Origin: Pseudomonadota bacterium
GTDB taxonomy: Bacteria > Pseudomonadota > Alphaproteobacteria > Rhizobiales > Xanthobacteraceae
NCBI GenBank assembly: GCA_046735815.1
Contig: JBKPUA010000119.1
Coordinates: 1-45,646 of the forward strand
Direction: 5' to 3'
DNA: 45,646 nt
The translations under genes and the position numbers were made by a program. Below the pieces are notes generated by a model. It did no database searches, had not been told where the DNA came from, and saw only the letters and a list, made by a program, of their open reading frames with translations. Below are positions 1-9,170 of this stretch, piece after piece. Position 1 is the stretch's first letter. Every line of letters begins with the position of its first letter.

Positions 1-2
1 AC

Positions 3-461
3 GTGGCGCTGGCGCGGCTCATCAAGCGCCGCGGGCACAAGGTCGCGCTACGGTCCGGCGATCGACTGCTGTCGACACGCATGTACACGGGCTGGCAAAC
101 CCTGTGGCCCGGCCTGACCAAGAACCTCGTTGAGATGCTGGACGGACCGGGCGCGGCGCTGGCGACCGCGCTCCTTGCCGTTCCGCTCGCTTGGGCGGTG
201 GTGATCGTGCCGGCCGTCGATGGGGTGGGTTGCCTCGGCACGGGAGACGGCGCGGTTTGTGTCGCGCTGGTGCCGGCGCTCGTCGCCTCCGCCGCCGCTC
301 TTGGGCTGCATCTTGCCGGCGCGATCCACTTTCGCATTCCGGTGTGGTACGGGCTTCTGTTTCCCGTGGGCTACACGGTCGGAGCGCTCATGGTGCTCGA
401 CAGCGTGCGCCGTCGCTGGCGCGGGCGCGTGAGCTGGAAAGGGCGCAGCTATCAGCCATGA
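3..461 (+). CDS. C-terminal part of a polytopic membrane protein, glycosyltransferase family 2-like (5' end lies outside the window)
   Basis: The ORF is open from the window edge to TGA 459-461. The segment RMYTGWQTLWPGLTKNLVE is followed by hydrophobic helices (LLAVPLAWAVVIVPAV, VALVPALVASAAALGLHLAG, WYGLLFPVGYTVGALMVL). The family call comes from memory of GT2-type C-termini only. Confidence 0.4.
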   Translation: MALARLIKRRGHKVALRSGDRLLSTRMYTGWQTLWPGLTKNLVEMLDGPGAALATALLAVPLAWAVVIVPAVDGVGCLGTGDGAVCVALVPALVASAAALGLHLAGAIHFRIPVWYGLLFPVGYTVGALMVLDSVRRRWRGRVSWKGRSYQP

Positions 462-640
462 CCTTCCGGCTGCGCCAACGCCCGGCGGCCCGATCCGACG
501 GCATGGAGCCGCCGTGTCGGCCGCGGTCCCCCGCCGGGCGCATGCCGGTTCCGCTGCCCGGTCGTGGGTAGCCAGCTTCCGTTCGACGGGGCGCAGGCTT
601 AGACTTGCTCAAAAAAGTGCACTGTCGGGAGGACCTCAAG

Positions 641-979
641 ATGACGCGCAGCGCCGCGGTTATCTTGTTTGCGCTCGTGACGTGGCCGCAGGCCGCGTCG
701 GCGCAACAAGCGAACGATACCCTGAACGACACGCAGATCACCGGCCGGCGGGTGTTCGCCCAGTCCTGCGGCATCTGCCACCTGCCGCCCGCGATCAACG
801 CGCGCACCTATGGCCCGCAGCTGTCCAAGGACACCGCCGGCGGCAGCGACGAGATCATCCGCGGCATCATCAGCGAAGGCACGCCGCGCATGCCCGCGTT
901 CAAGCACTACCTCGAGCGCGGCGAGATCGACGCCATCATCGCCTACCTCAAAGCGGTCCCCGCGACCGCCACACGTTGA
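641..979 (+). CDS. monoheme c-type cytochrome (class I), secreted
   Basis: ATG 641 lies 8 nt after GGGAGG (627-632). Signal peptide MTRSAAVILFALVTWPQAASA. One CxxCH motif (SCGICH) and a distal Met segment (GTPRMPAF). Confidence 0.8.
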   Translation: MTRSAAVILFALVTWPQAASAQQANDTLNDTQITGRRVFAQSCGICHLPPAINARTYGPQLSKDTAGGSDEIIRGIISEGTPRMPAFKHYLERGEIDAIIAYLKAVPATATR

Positions 980-996
980 ACGCCAGGAGAAACGCC

Positions 997-2818
997 ATGC
1001 AGAGCTACCAGTGGGGCGTTGTCGCAGTTCTCGCCGCCGGTCTCGCAACCCCGGCGCAGGCCGCCGATCATTTGCTCAAGGGCACCGTCGCCTCGACCGC
1101 CGGCGAGAAGCTCGGCGGAGTGACCGTGTCGGCGAAAGCGCAGGGCAGCACGATCACCACCAGCGTCTATACCGACGAGCAGGGCGGCGCCGCTGCCCGA
1201 AGGTAAGTATAGCGTGTGGGCGCAGGCTCTGAGCTTCGAGCGCGCCAACGGCGAGGTCGATCTCACCGCCGCGCGGCGCGCGGACCTCACGCTCAAGCCG
1301 ATCACCGACGTCGAGCGGCAGGTGCGCCAGCTGCCGGGCGAGGTGCTGATGGCGGCGCTGCCGGAAGCGAACGACGAGGACGCCCGCATCAAGCGCGTAT
1401 TCCGCAACGCCTGCACCGGCTGCCACACCCCGAGCTACGTGTTGCAGTTCCGCTTCGACGAGGACGGCTGGAACAAGATCATCGATCTGATGAAGGTCGT
1501 GCCCAATACCGGCGTCTATCCGGCCAATCCCAAGGCCAACGCCATCATCGAGTTCAATCAGAAGCAGCTCGCGGCCTATCTCGCCCGCGCGCGCGGGCCG
1601 GGCGAGAGCTCGCTCAAGCTCACGCAGCGTCCGCGGCCGGCGGGCGAAGCCGCCCGCGTCGTGTGGAAGCTCTACGATCTTCCCATGGTGCCCGAGGCCG
1701 GCATCGGCACCGCCTACCAGACCAACGACGGCACCGACTGGTCGTGGGGGACGACCTCCAAGCTCGGCCTCATCACCCATGACGGCGGGATGGATTTCGA
1801 CGGCAATCTCTGGTTTACATCGAACAATCCGAATCGCCTCGTCACGGTCGGCCGCGTCGACGGCAAGACCGGCGAGGTGAAGCTGCTCAAGGTCAACCGC
1901 AACGACGGCCTCGCCGCCAATGCTCATGGCCTGGTGCGCGACCAGCAGGGCATCTTCTGGTTCGACGTCAATCCCGGCCGCCGCAGCCTCGGCCGGCTCG
2001 ATCCCAAGGCCGAGAAGATCGACGTCTACATGACGCCGCCCAACATGTCGCCGCTCGGCGGCGCGGTGACGCTTGACGTCGATGGCAAGGGCAAGGTGTG
2101 GGCGTCGGCACCGGACGGCGCCGTGCGCTTCGATCCCGAGACCGAGCGCTTCACCGACTTCAAGTCGCTGTCCTACAAGACCGCCCGCGGCACCGGCATG
2201 ACCTACGGCGCCGCCGGCGATCGCGACGGCAACGGCTGGTGGACGCAGATGGCGTTCGACACCGTCGGCAAGGGCGATGTCGCCAGCGGCAAGACCATCG
2301 AGGTCAAGCTGCCGGTGGTGCAGTCCGAGCTCGAGCGCATCACGCCGGAAGCACGCGCGTTCTACGAGAAGTTCGACGAGCTCTCGTTCAACAGCCCGCT
2401 GCCATGGCAGCAAGGGCCGCGCCGCATGGGCACCGACAAGAATGCCGACGTGCTTTGGGTCGGCAATTCCTGGGGCGGCAGCCTCACCCGCATCGACACC
2501 CGGACGCTGGAGACCACCATCGTCCCGCTGCCGGATCCGATCGCGATGCAGCCCTATCACTTGGTCATCGACAAGGGCCACAACGTGTGGGGCAACCTGT
2601 GGACCAACGACCAGATCCTGAAATACGACCCGAGCGCGGCGAAGTGGACGATCTTCGAGCTGCCGGTGCGCGGGACGGAGATTCGCCACATCTCGCTGGA
2701 TGAGCGCGACGGCGTGACCAAGGTGATCCTGCCGGTCTATCGCACCAACCAGATGGGAGTGATGACCCTGCGCAGCGAGGCCGACCTGGCGGCGCTCAAG
2801 GCGCAGGCGAGCCGGTAA
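997..2818 (+). pseudogene. frameshift-disrupted secreted protein with CarboxypepD_reg-like N-domain, heme-c motif and Vgb/streptogramin-lyase-like beta-propeller
   Basis: ATG 997 follows AGGAGA. The signal peptide and GTVASTAGEKLGGVTVSAKAQGSTITTSVYTDEQG run in frame 1 and stop at TAA 1204-1206. The natural continuation PLPEGKYSVWAQALSFE... is in frame 2, which is open from 1124 and listed in the track as 1214..2818. The downstream part carries CTGCH and repeated blade-like motifs (GNLWFTS, GIFWFDV, GKVWASA, GNGWWTQ, DVLWVGN, HNVWGNL). Confidence 0.6.
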
Positions 2819-2856
2819 ATCTCCGCGCGCCGCTTCGGCCGCGCGCCACGTATGAT

Positions 2857-2892
2857 CAGCGGGCGGGCTCATGCAGCCCGCCCGCTGCTTTT
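2857..2892 (+). terminator. intrinsic terminator after the beta-propeller gene
   Basis: Perfect 13-bp stem CAGCGGGCGGGCT / AGCCCGCCCGCTG with loop CATGC, followed by CTTTT. Confidence 0.6.
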
Positions 2893-3013
2893 GTGCGCGC
2901 CGGAGATGCAAATTGACGCTTGTGCGCAGCCGACAAATTGGGCCACATGACCGCCATTGGGCCGCAGCCCAAAGCGCTGCGGCTCTGCTGCGGCGGGACT
3001 GGAGAGCGAGGAA

Positions 3014-4126
3014 ATGCGACTGGGCTACTTCACCATGCCGGTTCATCCGATGCACCGGAACTGGACCGAGACGCTGAAGGAGGACCGCGAGGCCATCATT
3101 CTCGCCGATGAGCTCGGCTTCTACGACGCCTTCATGGGCGAGCATCTCACCGACGCCTGCGAGACCATCACCAACAGCATGATGTTTCATGCCTCGCTGA
3201 TCCCGGCGACGAAGCGGATCAAGCTCGCGACCGGCACCTCGAATCTCTCGCACATGCATCCGGTGCTAATCGCCGTGCAGGCGGCGATGTTCGATCATCT
3301 GGCGGAGGGCCGCTTCATCCTGGGCGTGAGCCCCGGCGCGCTGACCACCGACGCGGAGGCGCTCGGCATCCTCGATCAGGATCGCAACAAGATGTTCGCG
3401 GAGGCGATCGACGTCATCCTCGCCATCTGGGAGCGCGATCCGCCCTATGACATCGACTTTCCCGGCAACCGCTACAAGGTGTCGACCGGGCGCACCATGA
3501 CGCTCGACCTCGGCGTCGGCATCATGGCCAAGCCCTATCAGAAGCCGCGGCCGGAGATTGTCGGCACGGTGGTGGCGCCGTTCTCGCCCGGCGTCGTGCT
3601 GATGGGCAAGCGCGACTTCCACCCGCTCTCGGCCAATTTCCTGCTCTCCAAGCACCTCAAGTCGCACTGGCAGAACTACTGCAAGGGCAAGTCCGAGGTC
3701 GGCGCGGAGGCGAACGTCGCCGACTGGCGGGTGGCGCGCGCGATCTGCGTGCTCGACGACGACAAGCTCGCGGCGCGCTACGGCCGCCACGACGAGAAAA
3801 GCCCCTATCGTTTCTATTACGAGCAGATGCGCGCCAAGATGAAGCGCGGCAACCGGCTCTACGTGTTCAAGTCGCACAAGGAGCAGCCGGACGAGGAGAT
3901 CACCCACGACTACGTCATGGATCACTGCATGATCCACGGCGGCGTCAACAAGGTGGTCGATGCCATCCTGGCGTTGCGCGAGGAGATCGGAGATTTCGGC
4001 GAATTGGTCTATGCCGGTATGGACTGGGTCGAGCCCGCGCTCAACAAGCGCTCCATGCAATTGATGGCCGAAGAGGTCATGCCGCGCGTGAACGCCGCCA
4101 TCGGCAAATCCGCCGCCGCGGCGTGA
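3014..4126 (+). CDS. LLM-class (luciferase-like) flavin-dependent monooxygenase
   Basis: ATG 3014 follows GGAGAGCGAGGAA. The N-terminus MRLGYFTMPVHP...LGFYDAFMGEHL is typical of the luciferase-like/LimB-like family. The track ORF start at 2957 is an upstream extension. Confidence 0.8.
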   Translation: MRLGYFTMPVHPMHRNWTETLKEDREAIILADELGFYDAFMGEHLTDACETITNSMMFHASLIPATKRIKLATGTSNLSHMHPVLIAVQAAMFDHLAEGRFILGVSPGALTTDAEALGILDQDRNKMFAEAIDVILAIWERDPPYDIDFPGNRYKVSTGRTMTLDLGVGIMAKPYQKPRPEIVGTVVAPFSPGVVLMGKRDFHPLSANFLLSKHLKSHWQNYCKGKSEVGAEANVADWRVARAICVLDDDKLAARYGRHDEKSPYRFYYEQMRAKMKRGNRLYVFKSHKEQPDEEITHDYVMDHCMIHGGVNKVVDAILALREEIGDFGELVYAGMDWVEPALNKRSMQLMAEEVMPRVNAAIGKSAAAA

Positions 4127-4127
4127 C

Positions 4128-5279
4128 CTACAGCGCGCTCTCGCTCGGGAACGTGATCCAGGTCCGCTCCTGCATGCTGCGGTGGCAGGCCTCGGCGAAG
4201 AGGACGTCGCGGATGCCGGCGGCGAAGTCGGAGATCAGGGGCGCGCCGGTCATAACGTGACGTAGAAACTGCTCCCAGCCGACGCGGTAGGGGTTGCAAT
4301 AATTCGCGAGCGGCGGCGCCTGATGCCAGCCGTCGCGATAGTCGGCGGCGATGTCCTTCATGACGCTGAAATGGGCGATGGTCGGGGTCTCTCCCGCCGA
4401 TTGCACGTGACATTGATGCAGGCCCGCCACCGCCGAGCCTTCGGTGCCATCGACCTGCAGCGTGAGTAGATCGTCGCGGCGCACGCGCGTCGCCCATGAA
4501 CTTAGGATTGTGCCGAACGCGCCGTTTTCGAGCTCGACCAGAGTGGAGGCGGAATCTTCGACCGCGACGGCATAGGGCGCGCCTTGTTCGTCGATGCGCT
4601 CGGGCGTGGCGATCCACGCGCTCGAGACGACGCGCACGATGCGCCCGACGATGCGCTCGATGACATAACGCCAGTGCGGATACATATCGAGGATCAGGCC
4701 GCCGCCGCCCGCGCGATAGTTCCAACTCGGGCGCTGGCACGGCCGATCGCTGCCGTCGAACACCCACCAACCGAACTCGAGCCGAAAGCCCACGATGCGC
4801 CCGAGCGCACCGCTGTCGACGAGCGCGGTGAGCTTCTGCAGCCCGGGCAGATGGACTTTGTCCTCGACTGCGCCGTGCTTGAGTCCGCGCATCTGCGCGG
4901 AGCGCAGCAAGGCCAGTCCCTGCGTGGCGGTCGGAGCCACCGGCTTCTCGGAATAGATGTGTTTGCCTGCGGCGAGCGCGCGTTCGAGCACGGCGACGCG
5001 CTGCTGGGTGGCGGCAGCATCGAAGAAGATCGCATAGGCCGGGTCGGCGAGCGCGGCGTCGAGATCGGTGGTCCAATCGGCGATGTTGTGGGCGCGCGCC
5101 ACCGCCGCGAGCCGATCGCGGTCGCGCCCGACCAGCAGCAAGCGGGGAAGCAGGCGGTCGTCGCCGAGCGCAAGGCCGCCCCCGGCGATGATCGGGACGA
5201 GGGCATTGGCAAGATGTTGCGTCGAGCCGATGCGGCCGCTGGCGCCGTTGACAATGATCCCGATCGTTTGGGTCGCCAT
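4128..5279 (-). CDS. Gfo/Idh/MocA family NAD(P)-dependent oxidoreductase
   Basis: The start codon reads CAT on the + strand at 5277-5279. The N-terminal Rossmann segment is MATQTIGIIVNGASGRIGSTQH and EKP is present (HIYSEKPVA). The stop is 1 bp from the stop of the convergent LLM gene. Confidence 0.8.
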   Translation of the reverse strand: MATQTIGIIVNGASGRIGSTQHLANALVPIIAGGGLALGDDRLLPRLLLVGRDRDRLAAVARAHNIADWTTDLDAALADPAYAIFFDAAATQQRVAVLERALAAGKHIYSEKPVAPTATQGLALLRSAQMRGLKHGAVEDKVHLPGLQKLTALVDSGALGRIVGFRLEFGWWVFDGSDRPCQRPSWNYRAGGGGLILDMYPHWRYVIERIVGRIVRVVSSAWIATPERIDEQGAPYAVAVEDSASTLVELENGAFGTILSSWATRVRRDDLLTLQVDGTEGSAVAGLHQCHVQSAGETPTIAHFSVMKDIAADYRDGWHQAPPLANYCNPYRVGWEQFLRHVMTGAPLISDFAAGIRDVLFAEACHRSMQERTWITFPSESAL

Positions 5280-5366
5280 CGTTGATTCCGGGCTGGTACG
5301 GCAGGCGAGGGGAGGCGCGACTATGCTATGCCGATCGCGCCCGTGTCCACGTTCCGGGAGAAACAG

Positions 5367-6215
5367 ATGCCCCGCCACATCGTCTGCCTCACTTTTGATT
5401 TCGACACCCAGTCGGGCTTCATCGCCCGCGGCATGACGACCCCGACGCCGCTGTCACGCGGCGAGTTCGGCCTCGTCGGCGCCGCCCGCATTCTGCGGCT
5501 GCTCAAGTCGTTCGGCATTCGCGCGACCTGGTTTGTTCCGGGCTTCACCATCGAGAGTCATCCCCGCGCCTGCGAGGACGTGGTGGGCGACGGGCACGAG
5601 GTGGCGCACCACAGCTGGGCGCATATCCCGCCGGCGCAGCAGAGCCGCGACGAGGAGGAGGCGGACCTCGTGCGCGCCAATGACGCGATCCTGCGGCTGA
5701 CGGGACGCATGGCGCGCGGCTACCGCTCGCCGTCGTGGGACCTGAGCGAGAGCACCATCGATCTCTTGCTCGCGCATGGATTTCTTTACGACTCGAGCCT
5801 GATGGGCGCCGACTATTGGCCCTACCGCGCACGGCGCGACGACGTGGCCGAGCTCGGCAAGCCTTTCCGCTTCGGCGAGGCGACCACGTTGATCGAGATG
5901 CCGATCAGCTGGTCGCTCGACGACTATCCTCACTTCGAGTTTGTGCGCACACCGACCACGGTGCTGCCCGGCTTGCAGTCGGCGCGCGCGGTGATGGACA
6001 GCTGGCGCGACGAGTTCCGCTATATGCAGCAGACGGTCGAGTGGGGCGTGCTGACCTTGACCATGCACCCGTTCGTGATCGGCCGCGGCTATCGCATGCT
6101 GGCCTTCGAGCAGTTGGTGCAGGACTTGGCCGCGGCCGGCGCGGTGTTCATGACCATGGAGGACGCCGCCGCCGAGGCGCGGGCGAAGCTGTTTGCTGAT
6201 TCATCGAATGCGTAG
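5367..6215 (+). CDS. polysaccharide deacetylase family protein
   Basis: ATG 5367 follows GGGAGA. Motifs seen: CLTFDFD, ATWFVPG, GHEVAHHSWAH (NodB-type His motif) and GYRSPSW. Confidence 0.8.
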   Translation: MPRHIVCLTFDFDTQSGFIARGMTTPTPLSRGEFGLVGAARILRLLKSFGIRATWFVPGFTIESHPRACEDVVGDGHEVAHHSWAHIPPAQQSRDEEEADLVRANDAILRLTGRMARGYRSPSWDLSESTIDLLLAHGFLYDSSLMGADYWPYRARRDDVAELGKPFRFGEATTLIEMPISWSLDDYPHFEFVRTPTTVLPGLQSARAVMDSWRDEFRYMQQTVEWGVLTLTMHPFVIGRGYRMLAFEQLVQDLAAAGAVFMTMEDAAAEARAKLFADSSNA

Positions 6216-6341
6216 GGTGGGCAAAATCGCGTGCCGAGCACGCGCAGCGGCACACAGCACTGCGAGCGATTTTGCCCACGCGTGACTCTCCACAATTGTG
6301 AGAAGAAGAACGGGTGGGCACGCTGCGCGTGCCCACCCTAC
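6212..6341. repeat. composite REP/MITE-like palindromic element (GTAGGGTGGGCA ... TGCCCACCCTAC)
   Basis: Terminal inverted repeats are GTAGGGTGGGCA (6212-) and TGCCCACCCTAC (-6341). An internal perfect 14-bp inverted repeat pairs GTGGGCAAAATCGC (6217-6230) with GCGATTTTGCCCAC (6266-6279). A 12-bp hairpin pairs GGGTGGGCACGC with GCGTGCCCACCC around a 3-nt loop (6312-6338). Confidence 0.6.
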
Positions 6342-6352
6342 AAGTCAACGAG

Positions 6353-7492
6353 CTACACCCCAAACGCCACGTATTCGTTGGTGCAGGGCGGGCCGTTGGC
6401 GACATGCATGGTGCGTGCGTCGAGGTCGATGAGCACCGCACCCGTCGTCATGGTGCGCCGCGCGCTCGGCTGACTCGGATCGGGATGCCGGCAGATGGCG
6501 AACGGCGCGCCCTCATGATCCATGGCCGCCGCGCGCATGTGCTGGAAGGCGAGGGCGCCGCGGTGGGGCGCTAGCAGGGAGCGCATGCGGTCCACGCGTT
6601 GAAGCGTATTGGGCGCGATCTTTTCCAGTAGCGACTCGCCGTGGCCCGCGGTGAGGAAATGATTGGAATGGGTGACGATGCCGTCTTGCGGATGAAGCGC
6701 CGTGACGTGGTCTGGACTCGCCTCGAGATCGACGATCCAGCCGGGGGCCCCGATCACGAGATTGGCCGAGCAGGTGCGCGGCGTGTTGGTGACGGGCCGT
6801 GACGCCTGCTCGAACTCCTCCGCGTCCAGTACCTCGCGGCAGCGCACGTGGAACGGCTTGCGATAGGGATTGCGGCCGTCATGGCTCGAGGCGAGACCGT
6901 TCTCGACCAGGCCGATGCCGCATTCGTTGACGCCCATCTTGCCGCCGGCGATTCCCGCCTCGGTGAGACAGACGAAGCTCGGCTGCCCCTTGCGCCGCGC
7001 GTGCAGCACGAAGGTGCGTCCGTGCACGCCCTCGAGCCAGTCCCAGTTCTGGCCCAACCACGTGTGGCGATCGGCGGTCGCCTCCGGCAGCAGGCCGAAC
7101 GTGGTGCAGCCGTCGGGCCCAACCTCAAGCAGCTGCGCCGTGGCTGCCCCTTCCTTGACCCCCGGCTGCGCTGCCGCGTGCTGTGCCTCTTGCCCAGACA
7201 AGGTGAAGTAAAGCTCATAGCGGGCATTGAGGAGCGCGATGGTCTCCACGCTCTGGCTCGAGCCTTCGGCGATCCCCCGCATCTCCTCGCCATAGGCGGG
7301 ACTGAGCGTCTCAATTGCCTGACGCCACTTCACCGCCTCGGCGAAGGCCTGATCGCGATCGAGGCCGGAGGCTGCGAAGCGCGCGAGATAGGTCGCGACA
7401 TTGTCGGCGATCTCCCGAGCAAACCGCCGGCCATGGGCGAGGCCGCAGGCGTGGGCGTCGCCTTCAGTGGTCAACAGCGGGATGGTGCTCAT
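6353..7492 (-). CDS. C45 family peptidase / acyl-CoA:6-APA acyltransferase-like autoproteolytic hydrolase
   Basis: 379-aa ORF. Contains GPDGCTTFGLL (candidate nucleophile Cys) followed by LGQNWDW. Size and layout fit the C45 family. Confidence 0.7.
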   Translation of the reverse strand: MSTIPLLTTEGDAHACGLAHGRRFAREIADNVATYLARFAASGLDRDQAFAEAVKWRQAIETLSPAYGEEMRGIAEGSSQSVETIALLNARYELYFTLSGQEAQHAAAQPGVKEGAATAQLLEVGPDGCTTFGLLPEATADRHTWLGQNWDWLEGVHGRTFVLHARRKGQPSFVCLTEAGIAGGKMGVNECGIGLVENGLASSHDGRNPYRKPFHVRCREVLDAEEFEQASRPVTNTPRTCSANLVIGAPGWIVDLEASPDHVTALHPQDGIVTHSNHFLTAGHGESLLEKIAPNTLQRVDRMRSLLAPHRGALAFQHMRAAAMDHEGAPFAICRHPDPSQPSARRTMTTGAVLIDLDARTMHVANGPPCTNEYVAFGV

Positions 7493-7538
7493 GGCGGCAA
7501 TTTACATCGGGCCTGCATCCTTGGACAATCGAGCCAAC

Positions 7539-8306
7539 ATGAATGTTCCCTCCCGATGCGCCGCGATGTGGCTGGCGCTCGTCCTGGCCGGCGCGGGAGC
7601 GCAGGCCGACGAGCGGGCGAACTTTGTCGCCGGCGTCAAGCGCGACTGCCCACGCTGCGACCTCGCCGGCCTGAACTTCAAGCGCCGCGATCTTTCCGGC
7701 GCCGATCTCTCCGGCGCCAACCTCAGGGGTGCGAACTTTCATGACGCCAGGCTCGTAGGCGCGCGGCTTGCCGGCGCCGACCTGAGCGGCGCCAATCTCA
7801 ACAAGGCCAATCTCACACGCGCGCAGCTTACCGCCGCCGTGCTGCGTGACGCCATGCTCTATGCGGCCAATCTCGACGGGGCCAATCTCGCCGGCGCCGA
7901 TCTGAGCGATGCGCTGATGGGGGTCGCGCGGCTCACGCGCGCCGACCTCACCAAGGCGGTGCTGCGCAACGTCGATCTGCGCAAGGCCCGCTTGGCGGAC
8001 GCGATCCTCACCGGCGCGGAACTCTCCGCCGCCGCGCTCGACTTTGCCTTCCTGCGCGGCGCGCGGCTCGACGGCGCTGCGCTCAAAGAGGCACGGCTGA
8101 TGGGGGCGGAGCTCATTGACGCGAGCCTCGTCGGTGCCGATCTCACCGATGCGAACGCGCTCGGCGCACAGTTTCGCGGCGCCGATCTCACGCGCGCCGT
8201 GCTTGCCGGAACGAATTTGCGGCGCGCCAATATGTACGAGACAAAGCTCGACGACGCGGTGCTCCGCAACACCGCCATGCCGGATGGCACAATCAGCGGT
8301 CAGTGA
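7539..8306 (+). CDS. secreted pentapeptide-repeat protein
   Basis: ATG 7539 with signal peptide MNVPSRCAAMWLALVLAGAGAQA. About 40 consecutive A(D/N)LxX pentapeptides follow (LSGADLSGANLRGANF...). Confidence 0.85.
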   Translation: MNVPSRCAAMWLALVLAGAGAQADERANFVAGVKRDCPRCDLAGLNFKRRDLSGADLSGANLRGANFHDARLVGARLAGADLSGANLNKANLTRAQLTAAVLRDAMLYAANLDGANLAGADLSDALMGVARLTRADLTKAVLRNVDLRKARLADAILTGAELSAAALDFAFLRGARLDGAALKEARLMGAELIDASLVGADLTDANALGAQFRGADLTRAVLAGTNLRRANMYETKLDDAVLRNTAMPDGTISGQ

Positions 8307-8316
8307 CGGTTCCGCG

Positions 8317-9069
8317 CTACTGGCTCCCCGACACGGACTGCCGGATTTCGATTCGCGCCGAGCTTTCGAACTGGCCCTGGGTCAGCTGTGTCGGGAGCTG
8401 CGGGTTCACGCCGCTCTGCCCCAATTTGCGGAAATAGCTCGCGCGCATGCCGATCCTCAGCCCGCGCGCGGCGTCGACGCGCTCGCACGCCTGCTTGACG
8501 AACAGCGTCCCGACCGCGCTTTCGCCTTCGCCCGCAGGCAGCGCGGTGCAATCACGCGCGGCGTCGATGCCGAAACGTGCGGCCATGGCGGCGCCGAAGA
8601 GATAGGCGTCGGCGCGTCTCCTCAGCTCGGGCTCGATCAGGTCGTTACGGTGCTCGGGGCGGGCATCGGTCACGACGCGAATGCCGCGGAGCACGCCGTG
8701 CTCGTCGAACAGCGCCGATACGATGACGGGGAAACCCGCTTCCGTGGTGCCGGCCCAGCGCGACACTTCCCGCGGCAGATCCTTGGCGCGCGCAATGTAT
8801 TCGTACTCGTCGTCGTATTCGAAATAGACCTCGCGCAGCCCATCGGCTTCCGCCGGGCAGCGCTCGAAGTCGCTCCAGCCGCTCAATGGCTGCCGCGGCG
8901 GGCCGCCGTTCGCGCCGCAGGCGAAGCCGCGGAACTCGGCGGGCGCGGGCTGCGCCGCGATCGGCTCGCCGAGCTTGAGGTCCCAGATGCTTGCGCGTCG
9001 CAGGTCCTGCGCGCCGGTCGCGGGCGCCCAGCAAATCAGGCCGAGCAGGAACGCTGCCGCAAATCGCAT
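8317..9069 (-). CDS. secreted protein of unknown function
   Basis: 250-aa ORF with signal peptide MRFAAAFLLGLICWAPATGAQ. I recognise no motif. The codon pattern is coherent, and the overlapping + strand ORF 8116..9084 looks like a shadow. Confidence 0.55.
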   Translation of the reverse strand: MRFAAAFLLGLICWAPATGAQDLRRASIWDLKLGEPIAAQPAPAEFRGFACGANGGPPRQPLSGWSDFERCPAEADGLREVYFEYDDEYEYIARAKDLPREVSRWAGTTEAGFPVIVSALFDEHGVLRGIRVVTDARPEHRNDLIEPELRRRADAYLFGAAMAARFGIDAARDCTALPAGEGESAVGTLFVKQACERVDAARGLRIGMRASYFRKLGQSGVNPQLPTQLTQGQFESSARIEIRQSVSGSQ

Positions 9070-9170
9070 GACCGCTCATCGTAAAGCTCATGGCGGCGGC
9101 TGCCAATTGTCTCGCGCCAGTCGAGCGACCTGCTACCATTTTTCAAAATGAAGATTCTGGGAGGCGCCGA

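Noticed and set aside
1154-3259. 701-aa ORF on the minus strand
   Set aside because: It is antisense to the well-supported beta-propeller and LLM genes. The composition is Arg/Ala/Gly-rich with no motifs, which is a typical high-GC shadow ORF.
7600-8280. Highly periodic 15-nt repetition, considered as a tandem repeat or CRISPR-like array
   Set aside because: The periodicity is the coding signature of pentapeptide repeats (A(D/N)LxX) inside a single ORF with a signal peptide. There is no repeat-spacer structure.
8116-9084. 322-aa plus-strand ORF overlapping the secreted protein gene
   Set aside because: It has no start context or signal and is low-complexity and Arg/Ala-rich. The minus-strand ORF has a clean signal peptide and balanced composition, although neither has a recognisable domain.
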